Positions 10,992 to 24,902 of a stretch of 64,000 nt of DNA are shown here, piece by piece. The notes beneath the pieces are model-generated. The model was not told the DNA's origin, ran no database searches, and saw only the letters and a list, made by a program, of their open reading frames with translations. Every line of letters starts with the position of its first letter. Position 1 is the first letter of the stretch. Made by a program: the position numbers and the translations under genes. This DNA comes from a bacterium (GTDB lineage Bacteria; UBA8248; JACPRG01; G963555815): NCBI GenBank assembly GCA_965261595.1, contig CBDHDG010000004.1, positions 512,001 to 576,000 on the forward strand, written 5' to 3'.

Positions 10992-11375
10992 AGCCCTTTG
11001 GCCAAATTTTAACGATAAGGAGATTTGGAGCACCGTCCGATATGTCTGGGAATCGTTTATTGGGAAGGAAGGTCAGGCGATAGCGAGTGATTGTGTCGAA
11101 TAGAAAAAGCCCGGGGTTGTTAAGGGATTAAAAATTGTTTGTATCCAAAAGCCGGGTCATCGGGGAGACATCATTCTTATTTCCGCTAAAAAGAACAGAG
11201 GGGGTCAAATATTTTGTCGGCTAATTTTTCTTTTAAAGATTCAAAACGCGGATGAAAGTCATTTCGCCTCATTTCTATCAACAAAAGCTTTGACCCCTTT
11301 GACTCTTCTGGAACCAGGAATGACGGAACAGCGTCGATTACGAAGCCGCCGGGGTCTGATGACGTTACTCACCTT

Positions 11376-12143
11376 TCACGCGGGCAGCTTGGCCAGCTCT
11401 GCCAGGATTTCTTCCGAGCTCATGACAAGGCCGAAGATACACCGAATTCTCCCAAGCACGGCCTGATGCTGCTCAGGCAGGTGGCTCGCGACCAGGTCGG
11501 CGGCATAGATGACCTTGTATTCAAGCTCCGCCGCATGCCGGGCCGTTGATTCGACGCACTGCTCAGCGAAAACCCCACTGAAAATCAAGGTGTCCGCGCC
11601 CATACCTCTCAGGGCCACGTCGAGATCGGTTCCGATGAATCCATCCCAGCGATGCTTATAAACAATTTTCTCATCCGGCCGTGGAGCTATCGCGGGAAAG
11701 GTTTTTACCTCCTCGGTGCCGGATACCGCCTGTCTCTTGTTGATGAAACGTTCCACGAGCCGCGGGAAATATCTTCTGTGGCCGAGATCCCAGTATCGCC
11801 CCCCCGCCCGGGGATCGTGGCAGTGCTCGATGAATACCGGCCTGATTCCCACCTCCCGGCATCGCTCCAAGACCCTCTTGACCCTCGGAATCATCCTGTG
11901 CGCATCCGGGCAAAAGAGAGGGGCGTCCGGCCTGACCACGTCGTTCTGCGCGTCCACGTTCAAAAAAGCCGTCTTCTCCGGTTTGATTGGAAGAAACAGA
12001 GAACGATCCACACCGGACCCTTCATCATAAAACACTTCCCGCGCCATCTTAATCATCCGCTCTTCGCGCGGATAGAAATCCCCGGGCTCACGGTAGTGGC
12101 AAAGCTCCTCCTCGGTGATTGGGTATTCTCCTTGAAAACCCAT
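11376..12143 (-). CDS. isochorismatase-family cysteine hydrolase
   Basis: D-K-C triad contexts VDAQND, YKHRWDGF, AEQCVESTAR; start 12143 or 12158. Confidence 0.9.
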   Translation of the reverse strand: MGFQGEYPITEEELCHYREPGDFYPREERMIKMAREVFYDEGSGVDRSLFLPIKPEKTAFLNVDAQNDVVRPDAPLFCPDAHRMIPRVKRVLERCREVGIRPVFIEHCHDPRAGGRYWDLGHRRYFPRLVERFINKRQAVSGTEEVKTFPAIAPRPDEKIVYKHRWDGFIGTDLDVALRGMGADTLIFSGVFAEQCVESTARHAAELEYKVIYAADLVASHLPEQHQAVLGRIRCIFGLVMSSEEILAELAKLPA

Positions 12144-12212
12144 CGATGATGTCTCCACTGGAAAGGGACAAGGGTCAAATCATTTGATGACGAAAGCCAC
12201 TCGGGTCTCCTG

Positions 12213-12887
12213 TCAGGCCAGGATCTCGTACTTCATGGCCTTTGGGTCGTAGTCGTTGATGACGTTCACCTGAGGGCATGATGTTGCGGCAACCAGGATG
12301 TCCATCTCCGCCAGGAACTCTATGTAATCGCCTTTTTCGCACGAGGGGGGAAGAAACACCCAGGTGCCGTATTCGTCATCCTTGAAGCGCACGGGCATGA
12401 AAACGTTGAAGGTTCCGGACCCTTCGAGATCCTCGAGTCCGATTCCATGCGGTGCCAAGCACTCCGCGAAAAGCTCGACACAAGTCTTGTTGCCCAGATA
12501 CTCGTCACCGGGCATCAGCTCTCGGACCTTCGGTGAATAGGAACCGTTGAAGAGATGGTCTCCCACCTTGTCATCTATCACGCGAAGCATCACTCGTTCC
12601 CAGGGTGGTTTCGAGTACAGCTCGTTTACCCGCTTGGCACCTCCGAGGATTTCTCCGCTCGGACGCTCGGAGTTGAGACAAGATGACCACCACGCACAAA
12701 CCTGCTCCCTGTGATCGTACGCATTGATGAATTTGACGTCCGCAACCTGTTTCCCCTCGTGAGCGGTGATGCGCAGGGTCTGACCCTTCCGGAGGAAGAA
12801 TGCTTTTGCGGACCCCTTGGCGATAACAAAGTCCTCAACCACTTCGCGGGTTTTCTTGTCGTCAGCAGTCAATCCGGATTCTCCCAT
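12213..12887 (-). CDS. DUF1989 / urea carboxylase-associated family protein
   Basis: GQTLRI..EGKQVAD, FNVFM, GDYIEFLAEMDILVAATSCPQ. Confidence 0.85.
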   Translation of the reverse strand: MGESGLTADDKKTREVVEDFVIAKGSAKAFFLRKGQTLRITAHEGKQVADVKFINAYDHREQVCAWWSSCLNSERPSGEILGGAKRVNELYSKPPWERVMLRVIDDKVGDHLFNGSYSPKVRELMPGDEYLGNKTCVELFAECLAPHGIGLEDLEGSGTFNVFMPVRFKDDEYGTWVFLPPSCEKGDYIEFLAEMDILVAATSCPQVNVINDYDPKAMKYEILA

Positions 12888-12893
12888 AGGGAT

Positions 12894-12917
12894 GTGGTCA
12901 GGTCTTACATCCTAACA
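12894..12917 (-). repeat. copy B of the 24-bp repeat (inverted relative to copy A)
   Basis: reverse complement TGTTAGGATGTAAGACCTGACCAC; 21/24 identical to 63488-63511. Confidence 0.7.
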
Positions 12918-13281
12918 TTTTCCATGTTTCTCGCCGAATTCCTTCAAAACGCCTGAATTTCCCTTGATTTCCCTTCACAAAACTCTCATGCAAACGAATG
13001 CATTACGTAACTCAATAGGATAAAGTATCCATGAAGGTCACAAGGCGAAAATCGAGGCCAATCTACGGAAGGAAGCGTCGAGTATCCGCAGACGCCGTCC
13101 CCGTGCGGGCGGGGATTACACAATTTCCGCAGATGAAAACGGACCAAGAAAACCAACGCCAGGGCCAAAACGAACCACCTGGGCGATTCCTCGGCCAATC
13201 CTATTTCAGGGGATTTGTTGGCGGAAGATGCGGGTTGGCCGCGACGACAGGGTGCGTTGATCGGACTTAAAGCAGAAAAAT

Positions 13282-13821
13282 TCAGTAAATGTCCTCAATC
13301 GCCTTTTGGACCTTCGCCCAAAGCTCCTTCTCGAAGTATCTCAGGATCAGGCCGTCCTGTTCCCACAGCAATTCGATCCCCGATTCGCCTTGATTCCAGG
13401 AGCGGGAAACCTTTCCCTTTCCCGAGGCTATCGCCTTGCTTTTGGAGCCGTCCGACTTGGCCTCTTCGGGAAAAAAATCCAAGTTTTTCGGCTCGCCGTA
13501 TTTCCTTTGCAGGACCGCGTAGCTTTTCCGAAGCGTGAGCCACGTCCTCGGCTCATAGTCCGCCCAGACGGCCGAGACCCGGCCCCGGGTCGCGTAGGCG
13601 AACAGGTATTTCCCCGGTCCCTCGTCCACCCAGGCGTATTGCAGGGTGTCCGGGGTGACCCTCTTCGTCGCTACGGGTTTTCCGAGCTGACCGACGGTGA
13701 TGGCCACCGGCTCCCGCAGGGTCACGATGCCGAAGACCTTCTTCAGCGCGAAGGCCTCCGGGACCATGACCCACGCGGCCGCGGCGATCAAAATGCCTGT
13801 CAGGACAACAGCCCGGCGCAT
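13282..13821 (-). CDS. hypothetical exported protein
   Basis: signal peptide MRRAVVLTGILIAAAAW..AFA followed by a protein-like ORF. Confidence 0.7.
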   Translation of the reverse strand: MRRAVVLTGILIAAAAWVMVPEAFALKKVFGIVTLREPVAITVGQLGKPVATKRVTPDTLQYAWVDEGPGKYLFAYATRGRVSAVWADYEPRTWLTLRKSYAVLQRKYGEPKNLDFFPEEAKSDGSKSKAIASGKGKVSRSWNQGESGIELLWEQDGLILRYFEKELWAKVQKAIEDIY

Positions 13822-13930
13822 GCGCGAATCCTCCGAAATCCCGATCCGGCCCCAACACAAACCCATCAATCGACTTGCAAGACCCGGACCGGCCGCGCCG
13901 GGTGAAACCGCCCGCTCGATTCCACCCGGC

Positions 13931-14248
13931 CTACGGGCAGACCTCCCCCACCCAATCGAGATACTCCCGCGAGCCCGCGACGATGGGCAGGACGATGACC
14001 TCCGCCACGTCGTAACTGTGGAGCGCCTTTACGCGCCCCTCCAGAGCGGCCAGATGGGTTTCCCGCGTCTTGGCGATCAGCAGGACCTCGGCGTCCCGGC
14101 AAACCTCTCCCTTCCACCGGTAAACAGACGTGACCTTCGGAACGATGTTGACGCACGCGGCGAGGTTCTCCATGACCAGGGCCTCCGCAATCTTCCCGGC
14201 CTCCTCTTCGCTTCCGCACGTCATCAGGACAACCCGGCACTCGGTCAT
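13931..14248 (-). CDS. cutA: divalent-cation tolerance protein CutA
   Basis: LAACVNI, SVYRWKG, HSYDVAEVI, YLDW. Confidence 0.93.
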   Translation of the reverse strand: MTECRVVLMTCGSEEEAGKIAEALVMENLAACVNIVPKVTSVYRWKGEVCRDAEVLLIAKTRETHLAALEGRVKALHSYDVAEVIVLPIVAGSREYLDWVGEVCP

Positions 14249-14304
14249 ATCCACTTCACACCCTCCCGGCCCCCTCCCCTTACCCCGGGAACCTCTTTGC
14301 GGGT

Positions 14305-15462
14305 TCACTTGAGCTCCCCGATGACCTCCCGGGCGATCAACAGCCTCATGATCTCCGTCGTTCCCTCGAACAGCCTGGCCCCGCGCGCGTCGACGTAGAG
14401 CCGGGCGATCCGGGAGGCCTCGAAATAGCCGATCCCGCCGTGAATTTGAAGGGCCGCGTCCGTCACTCGGCCCGCCTCCTCCGACGCCAGCAGCTTCGCC
14501 ATGGCCGCTTCGGTCCCCCAGGACCGATCCCGCGCCTTCAGCCACGCGGCGCGCAGGGTCATCAGCTCGGCGGCGTCGATGGCCGTCGCCATGTCCGCCA
14601 GAGAGAACTGAACGACCTGGAGGCTAGCCAGCGGCCCGCCGAACTGTTCCCGCGTCTTGGCGTGCTGAAGCGCCAGGGCCAGGGCCGCCCGGGCGATGCC
14701 CACGCATTGGCCCGCGATCCCCAAACGCCCAATTCCGACGGCTGTCTGAATCAAGTCGAAGCCGGCGCCTTCCTCCCCCAGCCGGTCTTCGGCCCGGACA
14801 AAGCAGTCTTCGAAGCGATGAACCGTCATGTTGGCCGCGCACAGGCCGAGGGTCCGGGGCATCAGCTCATGCCGCACGCCCTCAGCGCGCTTCTCCACCA
14901 TAAAAAACGTCAGCCCGCCGCGCCGGTCCTCCGAGGTCCGGGCGCACACGAGGGCGACTCCCTCATACGCGCCGTTGGACACGAAAACCTTCTCCCCGTT
15001 CAGAACGTATCCGCCACGGGCTTTTGTGGCCGAGGTTTCGATCGCCGTCACGTTGGACCCCGCCCGGGTTTCGGTCAGGGCGATGGACCCGATTTTTCCG
15101 CCCGCGACGTGGTCGGGCAGAATCCGCTGTTTCTGCTCATCGTCGGCCGCGCTTTGAATCGTGTCGCAGAACTGGTTGTTGATGGACATCACAAACCCGA
15201 GCGCCGGGGAGGCGGCGGCGACCTCCGCCACGGCCAGGACCCAGCCCACCGAATCGATGCCGCTCCCTCCGCACTCGGCCGGGGCGACCATCCCGAGGAA
15301 CCCCTGCTGGGCCATGCGCGTGAGGAAATCCTCCGGGATGCGCTCCTCGCGATCCCAGGTCTCGGCCTCGGGCGTCACACACTCCTTCACGAATACCTTC
15401 GCCAGGTCCCGGATGCGGGATTGCGTCTCGTCGGGCTGAAAATCCAATCGGGTCCTCTCCAC
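14305..15462 (-). CDS. acyl-CoA dehydrogenase
   Basis: ALTE..AGS, LNGEKVFVSNG, REQFG, QIHGGIG, FEGTTEI. Confidence 0.93.
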   Translation of the reverse strand: MERTRLDFQPDETQSRIRDLAKVFVKECVTPEAETWDREERIPEDFLTRMAQQGFLGMVAPAECGGSGIDSVGWVLAVAEVAAASPALGFVMSINNQFCDTIQSAADDEQKQRILPDHVAGGKIGSIALTETRAGSNVTAIETSATKARGGYVLNGEKVFVSNGAYEGVALVCARTSEDRRGGLTFFMVEKRAEGVRHELMPRTLGLCAANMTVHRFEDCFVRAEDRLGEEGAGFDLIQTAVGIGRLGIAGQCVGIARAALALALQHAKTREQFGGPLASLQVVQFSLADMATAIDAAELMTLRAAWLKARDRSWGTEAAMAKLLASEEAGRVTDAALQIHGGIGYFEASRIARLYVDARGARLFEGTTEIMRLLIAREVIGELK

Positions 15463-15624
15463 CAGAACCGGGACGCCGTCAACATGCCAACATCATATCC
15501 CCCAGGTTACCAGATGGCGGATGTCCGCTTAAGCGTTCCACGTGCGTATAATGGGCGACGCCCGAACCCGGGAGGGGGCCGCAACCGCCTCGAACCGAAC
15601 CACCCGGCCGGAAAGAAAGGCTTC

Positions 15625-17631
15625 ATGGAAGCGACCCGCGAGGTTTTCGGCAACATTCCAGGCGGCGAATGGATCTACCTGATCGCCCTCGCGTCGGTGG
15701 GAGTCTTCGTCTGGGGACTCTGGCGGCGCGTCCGCCTCTGGCGCATCGGAAAGCCGGCGGACCGCCTCGACCGCTGGGGCGAGAGAGTCCGGGGCCTCAT
15801 CGTCTACGCGTTCGCCCACAAGGGGTTCTTTCGCGAACGGCTTCCGGGCGTCGGACACCTCTTCCTCTTCATCGGCTTCGTCGCGGCCCTCATCGCCACG
15901 ACGATCATCGCCATCGAGAAAGACCTCGGCTATCTGGGACTCCGGGTCGATTTCTGGAAGGGGGGCTTCTACCTCTGGTACTCCCTCATCGGCGACCTCT
16001 TGATGGCCCTGGGCGTGGCGGGCCTCATCCTCCTCGGGTTCCGGCGCTACGTCCTGCGCCCGCCCCACCTGTCGGAGAGCTGGGACGACGCCGCCGCGCT
16101 CTTCGGATTGATCGGCGTCTTCCTGACCGGCTTCCTCGTCGAGGGTCTGCGGATAGGCGCGACCGAGCTCGGCCCACACCCCGAGTGGGCGGTCTGGTCG
16201 CCCGTCGGGTACGTTCTGGCCCGGTGGCTCTCCGCCGCGATCCCGTCCGAGGCCGCCCTCCTCGCCTGGCACCGCGTCTGGTGGTGGATACACGTCGTCC
16301 TCTCCTTCGGCCTCATCGCATACATGGGCTGGTCGAAGCTCAGCCACGCCATCTTCGCCCCCCTGGCGATCCTGTTCCGGAACCTGGACGCCCGAACCGA
16401 GCCCGCGCTCTCATACATCGACTTCGAGGACGAGACGGCTGAATCCTTCGGCGTTTCGAAGCTCAAGGAATTGACGTGGAAGGACCTCCTGGACGCCGAC
16501 GCCTGCACCGGGTGCGGGAAGTGCGACGCCGCGTGCCCGGCCCACCTGAGCGGAACGCCCCTGTCGCCCAAGAACATCATCCTGGGCATCCGCCGCCACA
16601 TGACCGACCACGGCCCCTCGGAGGAAGCGCCCTCCCTCGTTGAGACGCTGAACCCCGCGGCGATCTGGGCGTGCCGGACGTGCGGAGCCTGCCAGGAGGC
16701 CTGCCCCGTCCACATCGAGCACATCCCGAAGATCATCGAGGCCCGCCGCCACCAGGTCCTGATGGAATCCAAGATGCCCGAGACGGCCCAGACCTTCCTC
16801 AAGAGCATGGACGAGCGCATGCACCCCTGGAAGGGAACCCGGTTTTCGCGCACGGACTGGATGGAGGAGCTCGACGTTCCGCTGCTCTCGGAAAAGGGAA
16901 GCGCGGAGATCCTCTACTGGGTCGGCTGCACCTCCGCCCTGGTGGACCGGAACATGAAGACCGCCCGCGCCCTGGTGAAAGTCTTGAAGGCGGCGGGGGT
17001 GGATTTCGCCGTTCTCGGGGCCGATGAGGTCTGCACCGGCGATCCCGCCCGGCGGGTCGGCAACGAGTACACCTACCAAATCCTGGCCCGGAAGAACATC
17101 GAGACGCTGGAGAAGCACGGCGTTAAAAAGGTCCTCACCCACTGCCCGCACTGCTTCAACACCTTCCGGCGGGAATACCCGCAGCTGGGCGGCCGGTACG
17201 AAGTCGTCCACCACGCCGAATTCGTCGCCGACCTCCTCCGTACGGGGAAGATTCAGTTATCGGGTCCGGATATCGGACGCATCACGTACCACGACTCGTG
17301 CTACCTGGGCCGGCACAACGGCGTCTACGACGCGCCCCGCGAAGTGGTCTCCGCCCTGCCCGGGGCCGAGGTCCGGGAGATGAAGCGCGCCCGCGCCAAC
17401 GGCCTGTGCTGCGGCGCCGGCGGGGGCTTCGCCTGGATGGAGGACGGGGAGGCGGACGACCGGGTGAACCGCATCCGCGTCCAGGACGCCCTGGACGCCG
17501 ACGTCAACACCGTCGCCGTCGCCTGCCCCTTCTGCATGCAGATGTTCGAGGACGGCATCAAGACCAAGAACGCCGACGACCGGCTGGTGGTCAAAGACCT
17601 CGTAGAGCTGGTCGCCGACGCGCTGGATTAA
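15625..17631 (+). CDS. membrane-bound Fe-S oxidoreductase (NarI-like membrane domain + 2x[4Fe-4S] + CCG domains; FadF/HdrD-like)
   Basis: several TM helices, CTGCGKCDAACP, CRTCGACQEACP, YHDSCYLGR, LCCGAGGG, ACPFC. Confidence 0.9.
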   Translation: MEATREVFGNIPGGEWIYLIALASVGVFVWGLWRRVRLWRIGKPADRLDRWGERVRGLIVYAFAHKGFFRERLPGVGHLFLFIGFVAALIATTIIAIEKDLGYLGLRVDFWKGGFYLWYSLIGDLLMALGVAGLILLGFRRYVLRPPHLSESWDDAAALFGLIGVFLTGFLVEGLRIGATELGPHPEWAVWSPVGYVLARWLSAAIPSEAALLAWHRVWWWIHVVLSFGLIAYMGWSKLSHAIFAPLAILFRNLDARTEPALSYIDFEDETAESFGVSKLKELTWKDLLDADACTGCGKCDAACPAHLSGTPLSPKNIILGIRRHMTDHGPSEEAPSLVETLNPAAIWACRTCGACQEACPVHIEHIPKIIEARRHQVLMESKMPETAQTFLKSMDERMHPWKGTRFSRTDWMEELDVPLLSEKGSAEILYWVGCTSALVDRNMKTARALVKVLKAAGVDFAVLGADEVCTGDPARRVGNEYTYQILARKNIETLEKHGVKKVLTHCPHCFNTFRREYPQLGGRYEVVHHAEFVADLLRTGKIQLSGPDIGRITYHDSCYLGRHNGVYDAPREVVSALPGAEVREMKRARANGLCCGAGGGFAWMEDGEADDRVNRIRVQDALDADVNTVAVACPFCMQMFEDGIKTKNADDRLVVKDLVELVADALD

Positions 17632-17916
17632 GCCTCAAGACCAATCGCTTGGGCGGCCTTCCCGCTGTTTCGGGCCGGGCGACCTTTTTCCCGCGACATC
17701 CGCCCTGAGGGCCGCGCCGATCCTCACTGAAAAGGGCCTTCCCCCCCCCCCCCTCGCAACGGGCCCGCACAAATCCACTCTTCCATGATCGTGGTCATAC
17801 AACCCCGTCGGGACGTCCCCATATTGAGTAGCGAGTGAATCGCGGCGTTGCGTCCCTCGCACCGGCCGATTTGACGCGCCGGGCGGCCGCATTCACCGCA
17901 CGGGGGGGCCTCGCCA

Positions 17917-21412
<3,496 letters not shown>

Positions 21413-21447
21413 CGGTCCTTACGCAACCAAGAAAGGACGCACGCAAC

Positions 21448-22443
21448 ATGGACCTGACAACAACCTATCTGGGGATGAGCCTCCGCACCCCCCTGGTCCC
21501 CTCGGCCTCGCCCCTTTCGGAAGAAATCGACAACATCAAACGACTGGAAGACGCAGGCGCATCCGCCGTGGTCCTCTACTCCCTGTTCGAGGAGCAACTG
21601 AGCCTTGAACGTTTCGAGCTCCACCACCACCTCACACACGGCACGGAGAGCTTCGCCGAGGCGACAACGTATTTCCCGGAGCCCGCGCGATTCCACCTCG
21701 GCCCCGAAGGCTATCTGGAACATATCCGAAAGGCCAAGGAGGCCGTGGACATTCCCGTGATCCCCAGCCTGAACGGAACCACCCTCGGTGGGTGGACGGA
21801 ATACGCCGCCTTGATGGAAGAGGCCGGCGCGGACGCCCTGGAGCTCAATATTTATTACATCCCCGCCGACATGGACCTGATGCCCGGCCAGGTGGAGAAC
21901 ACCTATCTCGAAATCCTTAAGGCGGTCTCCTCAACAGTGGAAACGCCCGTCGCCATCAAGCTCAGTCCGTTTTTCAGCAACGTGGCGAACATGGCTAAAC
22001 GCCTGGATGATGCCAGCGCGGCCGGTCTGGTGCTCTTCAACCGCTTCTATCAACCCGACATCAATCTGGAAAAACTGGAGATTGAGCCCGGGGTGACGCT
22101 CAGCGCGCCCGGCGACATGCGGCTTCCGTTGACGTGGATCGGGATCCTGTGCGGGCGGGTCCGCGCCAGTCTGGCCGCGACCTCCGGGATTCATTCCGGC
22201 CGGGACGCCCTGAAGATGCTCATGGCCGGAGCGGATGTGACCATGCTGTGCGCGGCCCTTTTAATCAACGGGATCGACCACCTCCGCACCGTGGAGCGCG
22301 AGATGCGCGAATGGATGGAAGCGCACGAATATGAATCCGTCCGCCAGATGCGGGGGAGCATGTGTCAGATCAACTGCGCGGATCCCACCGCCTTCGAGCG
22401 CGCGCAATACATGCGGGCTCTGCAAACCTATCGGCCCGGATAG
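21448..22443 (+). CDS. dihydroorotate dehydrogenase-like flavoprotein (nifJ-associated)
   Basis: MDLTTTYLG..PLVPSASPL, SLFEEQ, LELNIY, KLSPFF, LFNRFYQPD. Confidence 0.88.
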   Translation: MDLTTTYLGMSLRTPLVPSASPLSEEIDNIKRLEDAGASAVVLYSLFEEQLSLERFELHHHLTHGTESFAEATTYFPEPARFHLGPEGYLEHIRKAKEAVDIPVIPSLNGTTLGGWTEYAALMEEAGADALELNIYYIPADMDLMPGQVENTYLEILKAVSSTVETPVAIKLSPFFSNVANMAKRLDDASAAGLVLFNRFYQPDINLEKLEIEPGVTLSAPGDMRLPLTWIGILCGRVRASLAATSGIHSGRDALKMLMAGADVTMLCAALLINGIDHLRTVEREMREWMEAHEYESVRQMRGSMCQINCADPTAFERAQYMRALQTYRPG

Positions 22444-22596
22444 AAGACGCCGCCGGCACAATCGCGCCGGAAATGAATTTCTCCCGCCACGTCGAGTGAC
22501 ACACCGACCGCCGATCTGTTAAAGTCCCCGGGTTTTCCGTATACTCCCGATACTGCCTGGACAGCGCATCCGTCCGGTCTTCCCCTGAGGAAACAA

Positions 22597-23466
22597 ATGT
22601 TTTACGGACCCATCGCTCTGGCACTCTACGCCGCGGCCATTTTCGCCTGCTCGGAGTTCACCGCGCGCGCCGCCCTGCGGACCTCCACGCCTTATATGGG
22701 GTCGCTCATGCAGGGGGTCGTCCACCTGAGTATTTTCGGCCTTCTGGCTTTCTGGATGGCCGCCGGCCACGATGTCTTCAGCGCTGGGGGCTTGTGGTTT
22801 TTCCTCGCGGGGACAATGGACCCCGGTCTCGGTGTGATCTGCTATTTCGTGGGGTTCAACCGGGTAGGGATTGCCCGGGGGGCCACGGTCCTCGGGACCT
22901 CTCCCCTGTTCAGCACCGCTACGGCCATGGCGATCCTGGGCGAGCGTCCCAACGCCTGGGTCTGGCTGGGAACGATGGCGATTGTCGTGGGGTGCGGCGC
23001 CCTGGCCTACGAGTCCAATGTCCGGGTCAAATCGAAATCAGGCTATATCTATCCGGTTCTCGCGGCGGTGTGCTTCGGCCTGGCGCATACGTTGCGGAAA
23101 ATGGGGCTGAAATTGATTCCTTCATCCATCACGGGAATGGCGATCTCCAACGTCGGGGCCCTCGTCGCGCTCCTTCTGGTGGTTCCTTTCCTTCCCGCCG
23201 GCGCCCGATTCAACCGGAACGCCCGGGGCCTGGGCCTCTATTTCATACACTCATTGGGCATCGCCGTCGCGCTTTACCTCCTCCTGGAAGGCCTCCGCAA
23301 GGGAACGGTGAGCGTCGTCGTCCCCCTGGTGCACACCTTTCCCCTCATCGTGATTCTGTTTTCCTGGATATTCCTGCGGGAAAAAGAACAGATTTCCCCC
23401 AAGCTTTGGGCGGGCGCCCTCCTCATCGTAGCAGGGGCGGCGGTCATCTCCGGCCTGGGACAGTAA
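22597..23466 (+). CDS. DMT/EamA family transporter
   Basis: ~10 hydrophobic segments, duplicated halves ending ILGER / FLREK. Confidence 0.85.
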   Translation: MFYGPIALALYAAAIFACSEFTARAALRTSTPYMGSLMQGVVHLSIFGLLAFWMAAGHDVFSAGGLWFFLAGTMDPGLGVICYFVGFNRVGIARGATVLGTSPLFSTATAMAILGERPNAWVWLGTMAIVVGCGALAYESNVRVKSKSGYIYPVLAAVCFGLAHTLRKMGLKLIPSSITGMAISNVGALVALLLVVPFLPAGARFNRNARGLGLYFIHSLGIAVALYLLLEGLRKGTVSVVVPLVHTFPLIVILFSWIFLREKEQISPKLWAGALLIVAGAAVISGLGQ

Positions 23467-23474
23467 GAACGCCG

Positions 23475-24902
23475 TCAGGGATTGGCCTCTGGATTCGGAG
23501 GCGCCGATGCGCTCGCCGGTTGCTTTTCGGGGGATTCCGGCGCGGCGCCGGCGGGCGTCGGGACTTCCGCGCCGGGCGTTGCCGGGCCTCGGCCATCCAT
23601 CTCCGGGGTTCGCGGCCCGCGCGCTTCCGTCTCCGGGATGGGGGACCGCGGGGCCGCGGGCGCGACGACGCCGACCTCTCCGGGCTTGGGCTTCACCTTT
23701 CCCAAAGCGATGGCCACCCTTCTCCAATTCGCGACCATCTGGACGCGCCACTCCGCGTCCCGGGTCTTCCACTCTTCCAGGGTGCCCAGCCGGCTGCCCG
23801 CCAATTGACGGACCGCCGCAACGGCCTGAAGGCGAACCTCCGGATTCGGGTGCATGAGAAATTCGAACAGGACCGGAAGGGCCGCTTCCACCTCCAGCGC
23901 GCGGAAGTACGTGATCCCCTCCAGGTGGGTTTTCTGGTTCTCGGGCAGGTCCGCCGGGTTTTCCGACGTCCGTTGAACGACCGCGACCACCGCTTCGGCG
24001 GCCTGGCTCACCTTCAGGTTTTTCAAGACGGCGATAATCGCCGGGAAGTCTTGGGGGTGTTTCCCGGAGGAGAGCATCCGGACAAGATAGGGCCAGGTCT
24101 CCCGGGCTTCCATGCGCTCGACCGCATTGACGGCCGCCAGCCTGACCTCGCGATCCGAATCCCCCAACGCCGCCCGCAACGCCGGCAGGGCCTTCTGGTC
24201 CTTCAGGATGGCCGCGGCCCTCATCGCGTCCGCCCGGACACCGGCGGCGTAACCGGGATCGGCGATGATTTGGCGCAGGGCGGTCCGCGCCTCTTCCGTC
24301 CCCAAAGCCAGCATGGCCTGGACGCCGTAATCGAAGTTCGCCCGCCGCAGGTCGATAGACAGGGGGGTGAGCGCGCCCTTTCGCCGCATGAATGTCAGGA
24401 CCCGCTCCACCGCGCGGGGGTCATCGGACATCCGAAGGATCTGAAGGCCCTGAACCTGCTGAAGCTTCGCCCCCGAGGAGAGAAATCGCTCTGCCAATTC
24501 CCAACGGGCCCGCTTCATCTCCTTCAGGAAGCTCTCGGTCAACTCCGCGGACTTCTCAACGACGACGGCGTTCAGGCGCTCCCCCACCTGTTCCCGAAGG
24601 GCCGCGGGGATTTGCTTTTCCTGGAGGTCATCCGCCAGGACGCCGATCCCCCGGTTCATCCAAAACCAGCCGGCGGTCCCCAACGCCGCGGCCAGAAGCG
24701 CAAGCGCGATCAGCGACGTTCGGAGAACGGACCGGACGATTCCCCGGCGGAGCCTCGTCTCGATGAGCTCCTTGTAATCGTCCGCTGAAAACGGGGAGGA
24801 GGCGTGGACTTCCGGCTCGTCCAACCGGCCTTGAAGGGACTCCACCGCACTCAACAGCCGGTCGAGCTTTCCGTCGTCCGAATTCTCTTTGCTTGGCGCC
24901 AT
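23475..24902 (-). CDS. membrane-anchored HEAT-repeat protein
   Basis: one TM segment, repeats such as ALPAL..LGD.DREVRLAAV; Pro/Ala-rich tail. Confidence 0.75.
   Translation of the reverse strand: MAPSKENSDDGKLDRLLSAVESLQGRLDEPEVHASSPFSADDYKELIETRLRRGIVRSVLRTSLIALALLAAALGTAGWFWMNRGIGVLADDLQEKQIPAALREQVGERLNAVVVEKSAELTESFLKEMKRARWELAERFLSSGAKLQQVQGLQILRMSDDPRAVERVLTFMRRKGALTPLSIDLRRANFDYGVQAMLALGTEEARTALRQIIADPGYAAGVRADAMRAAAILKDQKALPALRAALGDSDREVRLAAVNAVERMEARETWPYLVRMLSSGKHPQDFPAIIAVLKNLKVSQAAEAVVAVVQRTSENPADLPENQKTHLEGITYFRALEVEAALPVLFEFLMHPNPEVRLQAVAAVRQLAGSRLGTLEEWKTRDAEWRVQMVANWRRVAIALGKVKPKPGEVGVVAPAAPRSPIPETEARGPRTPEMDGRGPATPGAEVPTPAGAAPESPEKQPASASAPPNPEANP

Noticed and set aside
10940..11005. 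Minus-strand HRIVVLDIDGVDITNL resembling a ThiF/MoeB motif
   Set aside because: Too short, with no supporting flanking ORF
14440..15624. N-terminal extension making a 1063-aa ORF
   Set aside because: Antisense to acyl-CoA dehydrogenase; real start is MEATRE at 15625. The same logic applies to the 1000-aa ORF 43141-46143
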